From the NCBI GenBank assembly GCA_023229865.1, contig JALNYL010000001.1, positions 87,008 through 151,007 of the forward strand: DNA of 64,000 nt. Reading direction: 5' to 3'. Below, piece after piece: positions 25,350 to 35,179 of this stretch; position 1 is the stretch's first letter, and every line of letters begins with the position of its first letter. The notes beneath the pieces were generated by a model. It had not been told where the DNA came from. It did not search any database and saw nothing but the letters and a program-made list of their open reading frames with translations. Both the position numbers and the translations under genes were made by a program. This DNA is from Minisyncoccota bacterium. GTDB taxonomy: Bacteria; Patescibacteriota; Minisyncoccia; Phycocordibacterales; UBA1550.

Positions 25350-26585
25350 ATGAAACTCAAACATAGTCTAAAAACTGCATACCGAGGCCTCGAGCAAAAT
25401 CGCGCGCGTTCGATTCTCACCATTTTGGGTATCGTGATTGGTGTCACTGCGATTATTCTCGTTATGTCACTCGGCCAGGGGGCACAAAATCTCATCCTTG
25501 ATCAAGTGGAGGGGATGGGTACCCGCACGATTATCGTGGGTGCAGGTCGCGAGCCGACAGGACCATCAGATGCAGGGCAAATATTTAGTGATTCTCTTAA
25601 AAGAAAAGATCTTGAGCTTCTTGAGCGCCGAGAAAACACGCCAAGCTTGAGATATGTCGTCCCTATCGTGTTTGGGGTATCAGATGCGTCTTACCTGAGT
25701 GATACCTTTAATCTCACTATCTTTGGTACCGACCCAACAATGGAAGAAATCTTTGATATGCCCCTCAAGGCGGGTTCATTCTTTACTGAGGAGGATGTGC
25801 GTGCGCGTGCAAAATACGTAGTTATCGGCAACAAGGTAAAGACAGAGCTCTTTGGTGCGGACGATGCCTTAGGAAAGATTATCAAGATGAAGGGTCACAA
25901 CTTCCGCGTCGTAGGTATCATCGCTGAGCGCGGGCAGGATATTTTCAACTTTGACGAAGCGGCTATTATCCCCTACACCACAGCCCAAGACTACATCCTC
26001 GGTATCAAATATTTCAATCGTTTCCTCACACAAGCACAGAGCGAAGAACTCATCACGGAGGCGGCAGAGGAAATAAAACTTACCCTTCGCGAATCTCATG
26101 ACCTCACCCGCGACGACAAGGATGACTTTTTTGTGGTTACGCAAGTAGACCTCGCGGGGCGTCTTTCAGCGATTACCTCAGTGCTTACTATTTTCCTTGC
26201 TGCTGTTGCCGCAATATCGCTCATCGTGGGAGGAATCGGCATTATGAATATTATGCTCGTTTCGGTCACTGAGCGCACAAAAGAAATAGGCCTTCGCAAG
26301 GCCCTCGGCGCAACTTACAAAAATATTCTTACACAGTTTTTGCTTGAGGCAGTAATCCTCACCGGGATGGGTGGTATCGTGGGTATCCTTTTGGGAGCAT
26401 TCCTCTCGTGGGCAATATCCGCTGGGATAGCGCAATTCACTACAATTGCTTGGACGTTTAGTTTCCCTGTTTCTGCGGCACTCCTCGGACTTGGAGTTTC
26501 GGGAATCATTGGCCTTGTATTCGGCCTCTACCCTGCTCGCGCCGCAGCCCGCAAGAGCCCTATCGACGCACTGAGATACGAGTAA
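25350..26585 (+). CDS. ABC transporter permease, FtsX/MacB family (four TM helices plus a large periplasmic domain)
   Basis: N-terminal TM anchor (ILTILGIVIGVTAIILVMSLG), a long periplasmic domain, and a C-terminal FtsX-like three-TM bundle (..MNIMLVSVTERTKEIGLRKALGA..). Confidence 0.85.
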   Translation: MKLKHSLKTAYRGLEQNRARSILTILGIVIGVTAIILVMSLGQGAQNLILDQVEGMGTRTIIVGAGREPTGPSDAGQIFSDSLKRKDLELLERRENTPSLRYVVPIVFGVSDASYLSDTFNLTIFGTDPTMEEIFDMPLKAGSFFTEEDVRARAKYVVIGNKVKTELFGADDALGKIIKMKGHNFRVVGIIAERGQDIFNFDEAAIIPYTTAQDYILGIKYFNRFLTQAQSEELITEAAEEIKLTLRESHDLTRDDKDDFFVVTQVDLAGRLSAITSVLTIFLAAVAAISLIVGGIGIMNIMLVSVTERTKEIGLRKALGATYKNILTQFLLEAVILTGMGGIVGILLGAFLSWAISAGIAQFTTIAWTFSFPVSAALLGLGVSGIIGLVFGLYPARAAARKSPIDALRYE

Positions 26586-27116
26586 CTAGTTTACTACCTC
26601 GCTCCATGCGGTATTGGTAATTGCGCCATCAGCGTCGAGGGTTACCACGACTTGAAGTGTGCGCGTACTTGATTTCATAATACCTTTTGAGGTGATGGTT
26701 TTTAATGTATCGTTTCCTGTCACCTGCACCTTTGCACAGTCGTTTAAAAGCGTACATCCCTGTGTACTAAAATCAATCTGATAGCAATCAGTGGTTGCAC
26801 AGAGATAAGTATTGTTGCGGGCGATTTTAATAAGCGCATCACGAGCACCAGATTCAGCATAAAAATGCGCGCGCGAAGACTGTGCGCTCCCCTGAGAAAT
26901 AAAGAGTTCAGTAAAAGAAAGCGTGGTGACGCTCACAGCGACGATGAGCATGAGGACGCCAAGCACCATCACCGTGGGGAGAGTGGCGACACCGCGAGAG
27001 GAACATGTGACATGTGACATGTGACATGTGACGGCAGATTTCCGCGAAGCGAAAATCTGCAAATCACCTATTCGCGAGATAGTCTCTTGAAACGATTGTT
27101 TTTCTTGTGTTTGCAT
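26586..27116 (-). CDS. Hypothetical membrane-anchored secreted protein at the distal end of the pilus operon, with a heptanucleotide tandem repeat in its 5' region
   Basis: Hydrophobic segment LPTVMVLGVLMLIVAVSVTTL, but no canonical G/FTLxE prepilin motif. (acatgtg)x4 lies in the 5' coding part. The true start is uncertain. Confidence 0.35.
   Translation of the reverse strand: MQTQEKQSFQETISRIGDLQIFASRKSAVTCHMSHVTCSSRGVATLPTVMVLGVLMLIVAVSVTTLSFTELFISQGSAQSSRAHFYAESGARDALIKIARNNTYLCATTDCYQIDFSTQGCTLLNDCAKVQVTGNDTLKTITSKGIMKSSTRTLQVVVTLDADGAITNTAWSEVVN
27003..27032. repeat. (ACATGTG)x4 heptanucleotide tandem repeat within the 5' end of ORF 26586..27116
   Basis: Seen directly: acatgtg acatgtg acatgtg acatgtg ac. 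Confidence 0.9.
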
Positions 27117-27233
27117 TCTTGTTAATTATACATGAACCGTGAACTAATTTACCAATCTTTATCCACGCAGTCCTGCGCCCAAGGCGTGAACTTACTAGTT
27201 CAGAAGCGGTGTCAGTTGTCAATTGTCTTCAAA

Positions 27234-27767
27234 TTATCTTAGCGTTGCCGTCGTGCGAAGCGTGTCCGAGTACACCCAGTCAGTGCTTGAGGAATTGTAA
27301 CGCATCGTCATCACGACCTGCACCGCGGTGGTTGTCGCGTTCAATACCCCGTTATAATTCTCAAAGCGCGTAAATGTCGGCGCGTCCACGGTGACAAAAT
27401 TACCCGTGACGGCTTCAGGGGTGCCCGCGACTCCGACCTTGCGACGCAAAACTCCATTCAACATATCATAGTAAACAGTATCGGCTCCGACCGTGAGCGT
27501 GAGTGCGCTCCCTGGGGCACCAAGGGCTGGTGCGGAAACCGCAGAAGCATTTTTTACATCACGGCTAATAACATCAGCTGCGAAGCGTATTGCACTATTG
27601 ACCTCACTGCGTGCCTCAGACTGTCCGCGACCCTTAGAGAGCGCAATAAACGCATCCGAAACAATCACCATAAGTCCCGAAAGAATGGCGATGTAAATCA
27701 AAAGCTCCAAGAGACTAACTCCAGAATTTTGAATGTTGAATTTTGAATGTTGAATTCGATTTTCCAT
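27234..27767 (-). CDS. Prepilin-type minor pilin/pseudopilin
   Basis: Leader MENRIQHSKFNIQNSG|VSLLELLIYIAILSGL (Gly at -1, Glu at +5, hydrophobic helix). The leader region contains a 14-nt direct repeat, (attttgaatgttga)x2. Confidence 0.7.
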   Translation of the reverse strand: MENRIQHSKFNIQNSGVSLLELLIYIAILSGLMVIVSDAFIALSKGRGQSEARSEVNSAIRFAADVISRDVKNASAVSAPALGAPGSALTLTVGADTVYYDMLNGVLRRKVGVAGTPEAVTGNFVTVDAPTFTRFENYNGVLNATTTAVQVVMTMRYNSSSTDWVYSDTLRTTATLR

Positions 27768-27789
27768 ATTCTAACTTCTATATTCTACC

Positions 27790-28650
27790 CTATGGCGCCC
27801 AGTTCACTACCACATCTTGTACGGTCGGCGTGTATGTTCCCGATATTATACAATCACTCGAGCAAATACGAATTTTATAACGAAAATATTGATTATTATT
27901 AAATGGCGTAGCGCAAGAAACTGGTACAAGGAGTTCAATAGGAGTACCAGGAGCAACAGGCTCAAACCAATCCCCCTCTCCGCCAACACAAGATGGTCCA
28001 ACAAATGTCCACGGACCACCTACGTTCCCCGATGATGCAAATTGAAATTTTACATGACCCTCATTTGTTCCCGGTCCACCAAGTGCCCCCTTCCAAAGCA
28101 CTGAGTTATACCCAGCGCCATCAGCAACCCCTGTCGAATCAAACACAGCGGAGATAAGATCACCAAACGGAGGCAGACCTCCACACGCCGGTGGCGCGTA
28201 ACGATGCGATTCTGTCATTTTGATTCCAAGTCCATACACCGTCACTCCCGACGGATTGAAATTAAGCGAGTAAGAATAGGAACCAGCAGATGCAGGATTG
28301 ATTTTCCCTGAATCATCCTTGTATTCGATTTCAAAAGGCGTTGGCGTTGTTCCTGCGTTGGGGAGTGTGTATGTTTTTGATGTAGCAGCGTCGCCGTCGA
28401 TCATAAAGGTAATCGTGCCATTCCCCGTGTAAACCCCCGATGCGGTGAAATGGAGTGATTTGAGAGGATTAATAACTCCTGCGAGGTTGTCACCAACATA
28501 GAGCGCAAATGGGTATGATTGGTTTGAAGAAATGGCGATGTCGGAGTCGGCAATGATTGTCTCTGTAGTTTTCATCTGGTCAGCAGCAAAAACCATGTAT
28601 GCCATAGAGGTAAGGCCGATCATAAAAAATATTACGCGAAGAATTTTCAT
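27790..28650 (-). CDS. Secreted hypothetical protein with a Cys-rich C-terminus, in the minor-pilin operon
   Basis: Start moved to MKILRVIFFMIGLTSMAYMVFAA (signal peptide). The listed longer ORF overlaps the upstream gene. No recognisable domain. Confidence 0.45.
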   Translation of the reverse strand: MKILRVIFFMIGLTSMAYMVFAADQMKTTETIIADSDIAISSNQSYPFALYVGDNLAGVINPLKSLHFTASGVYTGNGTITFMIDGDAATSKTYTLPNAGTTPTPFEIEYKDDSGKINPASAGSYSYSLNFNPSGVTVYGLGIKMTESHRYAPPACGGLPPFGDLISAVFDSTGVADGAGYNSVLWKGALGGPGTNEGHVKFQFASSGNVGGPWTFVGPSCVGGEGDWFEPVAPGTPIELLVPVSCATPFNNNQYFRYKIRICSSDCIISGTYTPTVQDVVVNWAP

Positions 28651-28670
28651 TAAAAATATAAAGAGGGACG

Positions 28671-29330
28671 CTATCGAACAGGCACAGACACTGTCCCCAC
28701 AGAGCTCGACACTGCATAGCCCCACTTTTTACCATCTTTATTATAGTAAAAGTTAAGACCAGAAATCGTTACGTCAGCAAACTGCGGAAGCCCACGAAAG
28801 GCCTTTATTGCTTCCCCTGCGTCATACCACCTCTCAGGAACATCATATCCATAAACAGACGATATTGTCTCCCCCTCAGAAGCAACGAGACTATTTACCA
28901 CAGAAACAACATACCCCTTCTTTTTCTCCTTGGAGCCGAATGCGACCTCCCACCCACTTGATACACCCTCGATGGTAACAGTGCCTAATGAACGGATATA
29001 AACAAGCTTTGCATCAGAAGCCCAAACAGACGCCACGGGGAAAGCAATGGCATATGCTTCTTTGAGAGTTTTTCCACCTTCTATGATTAAGTGCTCACCA
29101 CTCGAGAGAGCAACACTCTCCCCTGTTGATACTGCTTTTCGGCCGTCATTTAATGAAATATTCGTTACAGTACGAGGGGCTGGTGTTTCTACAATTGAAC
29201 GTTCGTTGTCAAAAATCGCACGCTTTGCCCTCTGGGGTCCTCCATAATAAATAACCACCACAAGGATAAGAGCGAGTCCCCCTGCCATTATCAAAACAAA
29301 ACGTTTATTGTTGTTAAAAATTTCTTTCAT
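28671..29330 (-). CDS. Membrane-anchored hypothetical protein in the minor-pilin operon
   Basis: N-terminal TM (FVLIMAGGLALILVVVIYY). It follows the giant adhesin with a 5-nt gap. Confidence 0.45.
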   Translation of the reverse strand: MKEIFNNNKRFVLIMAGGLALILVVVIYYGGPQRAKRAIFDNERSIVETPAPRTVTNISLNDGRKAVSTGESVALSSGEHLIIEGGKTLKEAYAIAFPVASVWASDAKLVYIRSLGTVTIEGVSSGWEVAFGSKEKKKGYVVSVVNSLVASEGETISSVYGYDVPERWYDAGEAIKAFRGLPQFADVTISGLNFYYNKDGKKWGYAVSSSVGTVSVPVR

Positions 29331-29334
29331 ATTG

Positions 29335-32300
29335 TTAAGGTGTGTAAGAATACGTCATTACAAGATCAGCAGAGTTGATATAAAGCGTCGTGTTCACATC
29401 AGGAGTTACCGTGAGCGTGCTAGGCGTTGCGGTGTTTACCGCATTTACCCTACGCACAAGTTTAAAGAGTCCTCGGTATGTGCCCGATGGCGCTCCAGGG
29501 AGAACATAATTCCCCACCGTCTCGGCTTCATACTGCACGGCGATTTGAGAGTTTAAAGGAGATGCTGTCTCATAAATTCCCGTGAGCACAATGAAAGCGC
29601 TCTTGAGCGAGATATCAGCTTCAGTCGTGGTTGCACTGAACCCATATGACCCTGGGGCACCATTGGTGACAACCCCCGTATCACCAGCAATATGGAACTT
29701 GGTCGTTTTTGCAGGAGAAAGTGTACTTGATGTAGTGAAGGTGGAATTAGCGCTTATCGATTCATTCCCAGCCGCGTCCCTCGAGCGGACGCGGTAGTAA
29801 TACGTAGTCCCTGAGTTAATATTTGAGAGTCCAACGCTATGGGAATTAACAAGAGTTAAGTTGATAGTCGTACAGTCTCCTGCACACGCACCAAAAGTCC
29901 CCGTTGTGTTGTATTGGACCTGGGAAGTCGACACTTCTCCTGAGGTGTTCCATGTGATTGTTGCACTGTTGGTTCCCACACCACTTGAAGCGACGTTTGT
30001 TATGGCGGGAGGTGTGGTGTCTATCTGAAAATCAGTCGACGTCTCTGGATTTACTTCGTCATAAGAAACCCATGGGCCATAATAATTACCAAGACCAGAA
30101 TCAAAGTGCGCACGAGCCTGCCAATGATACACTCCATCAGTAGGGGTTATTGATATTGCACAAGCATTACCAACAACACCACAATCAATGGGACCAGGAG
30201 CAGCCCCAGCAGCAGGGCCAGAAACCGCGTCCACACAGGCGACGTTTGGGGTAACACAAGTAAACGCAGTGCCGATTGGTTTATATTCTATCTCGGGATA
30301 GAGGGTCCCCCCTGAGTTTGCCGTATTTTCTACTATCATGGTGAGATAAATAGGAGTCGAACTTGCTGCTCCTCCCACAGCAATCAATTGCGTAAGACCC
30401 GCGTCTCTCCATTGTTTCAAATTCGTAGGGGCATTTGGTCTCAAAGAGTTCACTGTGAAGAATGCTAGATTTGAAGAAAGGTTATTTGAGGTTATAACCA
30501 CGTCACCACTCACTGAGTTTGTAGGGACCGCTGTTGCGATAGCTGTCGCCGACCAACTCGTAAATACTGTTGCAGTTTTGTTGTTTGTGAATGTCACAAA
30601 ATTACTTGCATCAAAAGCCGCCGGGCAACCAGCCTGACAAAAGTGGTTACCATTTATTGTCATTGCGCCTCCCTCAGATGCATTTGAGGGAGTAAAACCG
30701 GTGATACGGGGAAGGATGCTGATTTGATTACCGTAGGTATGCGACTTGCTATTCGTTCCCGTCCCTTGTGTCATAGTGATACTTCCGCTATTTGTTGCAT
30801 CATTAATAGCCGTTGGAACCTGAACCTGGATAGCAGTGTTTGTCCAAGAAGCCACTGTTGCAGCTTGCCCAATAATGGTTACACTCCCTGTTCCTTGGGG
30901 GCTCCCAAAGCGTGTACCATTGAGCGTAATCACCCCATCTGTATCCCCTGCGCTATATTCACGAGCTTGATCGGCCCCAAGTCCTACGGGTTGAGTTACT
31001 GTAGTAATTTGTGGAAATACGTAAAAATTGAGTGCAGTACTACCTACGCCTCCTGCGGTTATCACGAGCGCACTCGCCCCACCAAACTCTGCTCCCCAAT
31101 CGGTATCAGTGTCTCCCACAACAGAAGAATCTGTCTCAATAACTATTGTTGTTGGTGACCAAGAGAACACATTGGCGTCCGCAATTTGATGTGCGCCTAT
31201 TTTAATATTATTTGTCGCATCTGAACGATTCCCCACACCAGGATCAGCGCCAAAACCAGCACCAGAAATAGTGATTGTTTGCTTAAATCCAGCCCCACCA
31301 CCAATGCGTGCACCACAAGTGGTACAAGCGAGGGCATAACTGAGGACAGGCTCGGTGTCATTCGTATAGCTCGTCAACGTAAGAGGAATTGCTGGGGTAA
31401 ATGGCGACCCAGTAGGCACTGTCCCCAAATCGTAGTTACCACGCAAGTCTTTTGTAAAAATCTCATAATGGTATGCAGTACCATTAACAAGCCCCGAATC
31501 AAGACATGTTGCAGTAGGGTCAAGAACGACACAAGCGACCGTCGCCGTGCCGATAGTATTACCCACAATGTACGTCGCCCCTTCGACAGGACTGTCAGTG
31601 ACAGCACTCCCTGCGCGACGAAGAATGACCACACTATGATAGTCAGCATTCCCCGGGTTGGTCCAGTTGAGAGTCACCTCTCCGTTCCCCACCGTTCCAC
31701 TTGTCCCCGAGACGCTTCCCGAAGAAAGGTTGTCGATGGTGAGCGTAGAGCTTCCCGTATCAACACCTTCATGGATATTAGTACTTGTGAAGGCACTGAT
31801 TGTTGCTGTTGTTGGATAGTCACCACCAAGAGGAGCGGGCATCGCAGCGTGCGAAATCGGGGTTATTTTTATTTTAAATTGCGTATTTGTACTCGTGACG
31901 GGGATTGTACAGCCCGTGAGTGTCGCAGTATCTGCCACAGGGGCCGCACTACAATATGTCACCGTATCGCCATCATTTACAATAGCGACCGTATTGACAT
32001 ATGTCCCAATCCCCGCCGACAAAGGGATGGTAACCCCCGTCACGGTATCGGTACCATAATTAGTAGCGAGCCCAAACGAATCCACGAGTCCCGACGCTCC
32101 AGGAGCCACCGAGGAGCTCCCTGGTTCTCCTGTAACAAAGTTTGAAATAGTCGTGACCGGCTCAGGGCGAATAGCGAGAGCTACTGCAGCCCATGAATCA
32201 GACGTCGACGTCGTCCATCCTGTCCACGCAGCAGCATCTTCTGCTCCTGCCCCACTCCAAGCCTTCGAAGCAATCCCAACAGTCGATGCATTCCCTGGGT

Positions 32301-33081
32301 CAACACTGATGTCGGCCTTATTTATATATCCCGTTGGCTGCGTTACTGTTGTATCAACAGCAGCACCAGTGCCCAAACCAAGAGACAGGACTATTGCCCC
32401 CTGAGTGACGGGAGTTATAATAGGGCTATTGGGCACAGCTGAGTTGGTTGCAACCGCAGTCGTAGAAGTAACATCAAGTGGTGTCGTCTTGTGAGTATTG
32501 CGCCAAACATGCACCTCACACACAGCACCGTTTGTAGCGGACCCACTTCCAAGACAATTTACAAGAGTATCTGGAGTAGCAGGCATGAGCTTCCAGTTCA
32601 CAGAAAAATTGGCATCACGGGTGTCGTTCGCATAAAGATCCGCGACCTCGGTGTACCCAGCTGTCCCCACTCCAGGGTTTCCGTTTGCCGTTGAGACGAA
32701 ACCAGTAGCAACAACAACCAAGTCTCCGGCCTGCGCGGCGCCACCCGAGCCTCCCGTGAGCGCAGTAAGAGACACATTGTACGCAGCACTGTTCCCGCTC
32801 GCCTCAGCAGCACCAACATACTGAAGAGCAGCTGCATGAGCCTCATGAATACGGGCCTTCTCAACAACGTGACGATATGAAGCAAATTTATCAACGACAT
32901 TGTTATCCTGCAACAAGTGCCATGCTTTATCGACAATATTATTTGCCGCAATATAGGAATCAAGAAGTTTCGTTAAAGTATAAAAAGGAATATTCGAAAA
33001 AGAAATACTCAAAATAGCCAGGAACAAAACGCTGTTACGAAAAACTTTGAGTGTCTTTTTTAAGATAGAATTATTCTTCAT
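29335..33081 (-). CDS. Giant secreted adhesin-like protein (1,248 aa) with FN3/Ig-like modules, encoded among minor pilins
   Basis: N-terminal signal/anchor. One FN3-like module (..SATITWNTSGEVSTSQVQYNTTG..YYYRVRSRDAAGNES) and one module paralogous to a domain of the 11947..16350 protein (..LTIDNLSSGSV..NWTNPGNADYHSVVILRRAG..NGTAYHYEIFTKD..). Confidence 0.8.
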   Translation of the reverse strand: MKNNSILKKTLKVFRNSVLFLAILSISFSNIPFYTLTKLLDSYIAANNIVDKAWHLLQDNNVVDKFASYRHVVEKARIHEAHAAALQYVGAAEASGNSAAYNVSLTALTGGSGGAAQAGDLVVVATGFVSTANGNPGVGTAGYTEVADLYANDTRDANFSVNWKLMPATPDTLVNCLGSGSATNGAVCEVHVWRNTHKTTPLDVTSTTAVATNSAVPNSPIITPVTQGAIVLSLGLGTGAAVDTTVTQPTGYINKADISVDPGNASTVGIASKAWSGAGAEDAAAWTGWTTSTSDSWAAVALAIRPEPVTTISNFVTGEPGSSSVAPGASGLVDSFGLATNYGTDTVTGVTIPLSAGIGTYVNTVAIVNDGDTVTYCSAAPVADTATLTGCTIPVTSTNTQFKIKITPISHAAMPAPLGGDYPTTATISAFTSTNIHEGVDTGSSTLTIDNLSSGSVSGTSGTVGNGEVTLNWTNPGNADYHSVVILRRAGSAVTDSPVEGATYIVGNTIGTATVACVVLDPTATCLDSGLVNGTAYHYEIFTKDLRGNYDLGTVPTGSPFTPAIPLTLTSYTNDTEPVLSYALACTTCGARIGGGAGFKQTITISGAGFGADPGVGNRSDATNNIKIGAHQIADANVFSWSPTTIVIETDSSVVGDTDTDWGAEFGGASALVITAGGVGSTALNFYVFPQITTVTQPVGLGADQAREYSAGDTDGVITLNGTRFGSPQGTGSVTIIGQAATVASWTNTAIQVQVPTAINDATNSGSITMTQGTGTNSKSHTYGNQISILPRITGFTPSNASEGGAMTINGNHFCQAGCPAAFDASNFVTFTNNKTATVFTSWSATAIATAVPTNSVSGDVVITSNNLSSNLAFFTVNSLRPNAPTNLKQWRDAGLTQLIAVGGAASSTPIYLTMIVENTANSGGTLYPEIEYKPIGTAFTCVTPNVACVDAVSGPAAGAAPGPIDCGVVGNACAISITPTDGVYHWQARAHFDSGLGNYYGPWVSYDEVNPETSTDFQIDTTPPAITNVASSGVGTNSATITWNTSGEVSTSQVQYNTTGTFGACAGDCTTINLTLVNSHSVGLSNINSGTTYYYRVRSRDAAGNESISANSTFTTSSTLSPAKTTKFHIAGDTGVVTNGAPGSYGFSATTTEADISLKSAFIVLTGIYETASPLNSQIAVQYEAETVGNYVLPGAPSGTYRGLFKLVRRVNAVNTATPSTLTVTPDVNTTLYINSADLVMTYSYTP

Positions 33082-34021
33082 AGTCCCTTACGTAATTATA
33101 CGCTTTTTTTGAAATATCAGCCATCATTTTTTGCGCGGTTTCCAAATTCTTATTTTTTGTCATAACGGTAAGCAAATACGGTCGACCTGGTGCATATATA
33201 ATACCAGAATCTAGATACACTCTTCTCTCGTCGTCCACACCGATCTTGTGAGAAAACGGAATCCCCTCAGGTATCCCCCGTTGAATATAATCTTTAAAAG
33301 GAGATTGTGAAAGATATTTTAGGAGCTTCTGAGAGTTCTCTTCACTAAGATACGAGGAAGAATAGAGTGCTCTCATCATTACTGAGTATTTTTTTGCACT
33401 CAAACTTCCCTCCGTCTTTAAAAATCCCTCAAGACCCATATGCTCATAAACGTCTTCCATTTCGTTCATCTCTAGGTTACGAACAAGAATAAAGTGCGCC
33501 GAGTTATCAGAGTCTGCTAATGAACGGCGCACGAGGTCATCAATAGTAAACGTTGAATTGGAAGGCTCTTTATAAAGGGTGCCAAATTTATTATCCTTGT
33601 CGGTCGGCATAAGAACAAGCTCGTTGGTCCATTTCCACTCACCCAGCTCAATCTTCTTTGCTACTGCCATAGCAACAGGAACCTTGAGTAGTGACGCGGG
33701 GTAAAACTCTGCATCCTTATTAATAGAGATATTTGCTCCTGTTGGTAAATATTCAAAATAAATCGAAATATCCTTATCGTTTTCGTATTTACTATTGAGA
33801 GCATCGCGAAGGGGTTGAACATTAATAATGAGATCTTTTTGATTAATGAGTCCGCGAGCAGGGTCAAGAAGCGAAAACTGCGATAAAACGCTAAGGTTAT
33901 TTTTTTGCATGCCGAGCACGTAGGCAGCAACGATACTCAAAACAACAACTCCAAAAAGTAGCCAGCTTTTGATTCTCTGCCTAAAAATAATTTCCGTATT
34001 GTTTCCTTGTTTCTTTTTCAT
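33071..34021 (-). CDS. Class-A beta-lactamase-like / PBP-family serine hydrolase, membrane-anchored
   Basis: N-terminal TM helix. S-x-x-K at ..PASLLKVPVA.., SDN at ..LADSDNSA.., and a K[ST]G-like KIG at ..SHKIGVD.. Confidence 0.55.
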   Translation of the reverse strand: MKKKQGNNTEIIFRQRIKSWLLFGVVVLSIVAAYVLGMQKNNLSVLSQFSLLDPARGLINQKDLIINVQPLRDALNSKYENDKDISIYFEYLPTGANISINKDAEFYPASLLKVPVAMAVAKKIELGEWKWTNELVLMPTDKDNKFGTLYKEPSNSTFTIDDLVRRSLADSDNSAHFILVRNLEMNEMEDVYEHMGLEGFLKTEGSLSAKKYSVMMRALYSSSYLSEENSQKLLKYLSQSPFKDYIQRGIPEGIPFSHKIGVDDERRVYLDSGIIYAPGRPYLLTVMTKNKNLETAQKMMADISKKAYNYVRDYEE

Positions 34022-34023
34022 AA

Positions 34024-34650
34024 TTATTGAAGCTTGAGAGTCCCACCTGCTGTATCAACCGCAGCGTCCTTACTCCCATATGTGGTGTCGGGACAATTCT
34101 TCGCGCCGCTTCCTGTTCCCCCCGCCCAATCCGTCTGCTTGCAAATTTTGTTGCGCCAACGAAGGAAGTAGTCGTTCATAGTCACAGGGCTTCCTGAACC
34201 CTGCCACGAGACGGTCACGGCTACACGCTGCGTACTTGGATCATCGTGATCAGCATTATAGATGTTTTCTATTTCTCTTGTAGAAAGATCGCGGCTTACG
34301 TTTTCTATTGTAACATAGCGCGTGTACAGAGCAGTATTGAGCGGGATGGTTTCATCTCCAGAAACAAGCGCCCATTTACCACTCACGCTTGTCGATGTCG
34401 CCACATAGTGTGAGCCCTTAATAACACCGGAAATATTCTGCCACTTCTCATCTGAGATCGCGCGAGTCGCTTCGAGCGTCTCGCTCGCAAGCCCCATCGC
34501 TACGTCGGTCTCGCTCGAAATCTTGCCACTTTGCATACTTACAAAAACCGACTCCGATCCAATCGAAAGAATAATCGCCAAAATAGAAATAGCAACAAGG
34601 AGCTCGAGGAGGAGGGCACCACGTTGAGTAGAATGTTGAATGGTTTTCAT
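34024..34650 (-). CDS. Prepilin-type minor pilin
   Basis: MKTIQHSTQRG|ALLLELLVAISILAIIL: cleavage Gly, Glu at +5, hydrophobic helix. Confidence 0.7.
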   Translation of the reverse strand: MKTIQHSTQRGALLLELLVAISILAIILSIGSESVFVSMQSGKISSETDVAMGLASETLEATRAISDEKWQNISGVIKGSHYVATSTSVSGKWALVSGDETIPLNTALYTRYVTIENVSRDLSTREIENIYNADHDDPSTQRVAVTVSWQGSGSPVTMNDYFLRWRNKICKQTDWAGGTGSGAKNCPDTTYGSKDAAVDTAGGTLKLQ

Positions 34651-34655
34651 ATTGC

Positions 34656-35174
34656 TTAATTTATCGTTCCAATCGATGTGATACTGATTGTCTGCGATGA
34701 CCCCTCAGAGACGAGGCTTGTCGTAGTGGCTGTCGTCGCGCCAGAGATTTTTGTAAAAATAATATCCTTACTCATCCCCGTACTTGGATCAGAAAACGTC
34801 ACCCCAAAAGGGAGCGTGGTCGTCGCGATGACTGTCCCCGCGGCGTAGTTGGTTGCTGTATTAAAAAGCTCGTAGTAGTGCGTATTAGTGCCGGCATTCA
34901 CGAGGTGCACGCCGTACTTCAATCCCCCTTCCCCTATCATCGACTTTGAGCGCATCGAGCGGAAGTCTCCTGCGAGAACTTTTGTTACCGACTGAATCTC
35001 TACACTCTTCATCATATTGCGATAAAAACCAGCCCCCGCCGCCGCAAGTCCTGCCATAATCGCAATGACAATGAGGAGCTCGAGGAGGCTAAAGCCGCGG
35101 GAGTGGGATTTGGGGCAGCGTCCAGGACGTGAATCTGCTGATTCAGGAATTTGGGGATTAAAAGATGAATTCAT
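34656..35174 (-). CDS. Prepilin-type minor pilin with a long leader
   Basis: ..KSHSRG|FSLLELLIVIAIMAGL, the canonical GFxLxE class-III signal. Confidence 0.7.
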   Translation of the reverse strand: MNSSFNPQIPESADSRPGRCPKSHSRGFSLLELLIVIAIMAGLAAAGAGFYRNMMKSVEIQSVTKVLAGDFRSMRSKSMIGEGGLKYGVHLVNAGTNTHYYELFNTATNYAAGTVIATTTLPFGVTFSDPSTGMSKDIIFTKISGATTATTTSLVSEGSSQTISITSIGTIN

Positions 35175-35179
35175 ATATT

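Noticed and set aside
26586-27116. Canonical type IV prepilin call for this ORF
   Set aside because: It has a hydrophobic N-terminal segment but lacks the Gly(-1)/Glu(+5) prepilin signature present in the five other pilin-like genes. It is kept as a hypothetical membrane protein.
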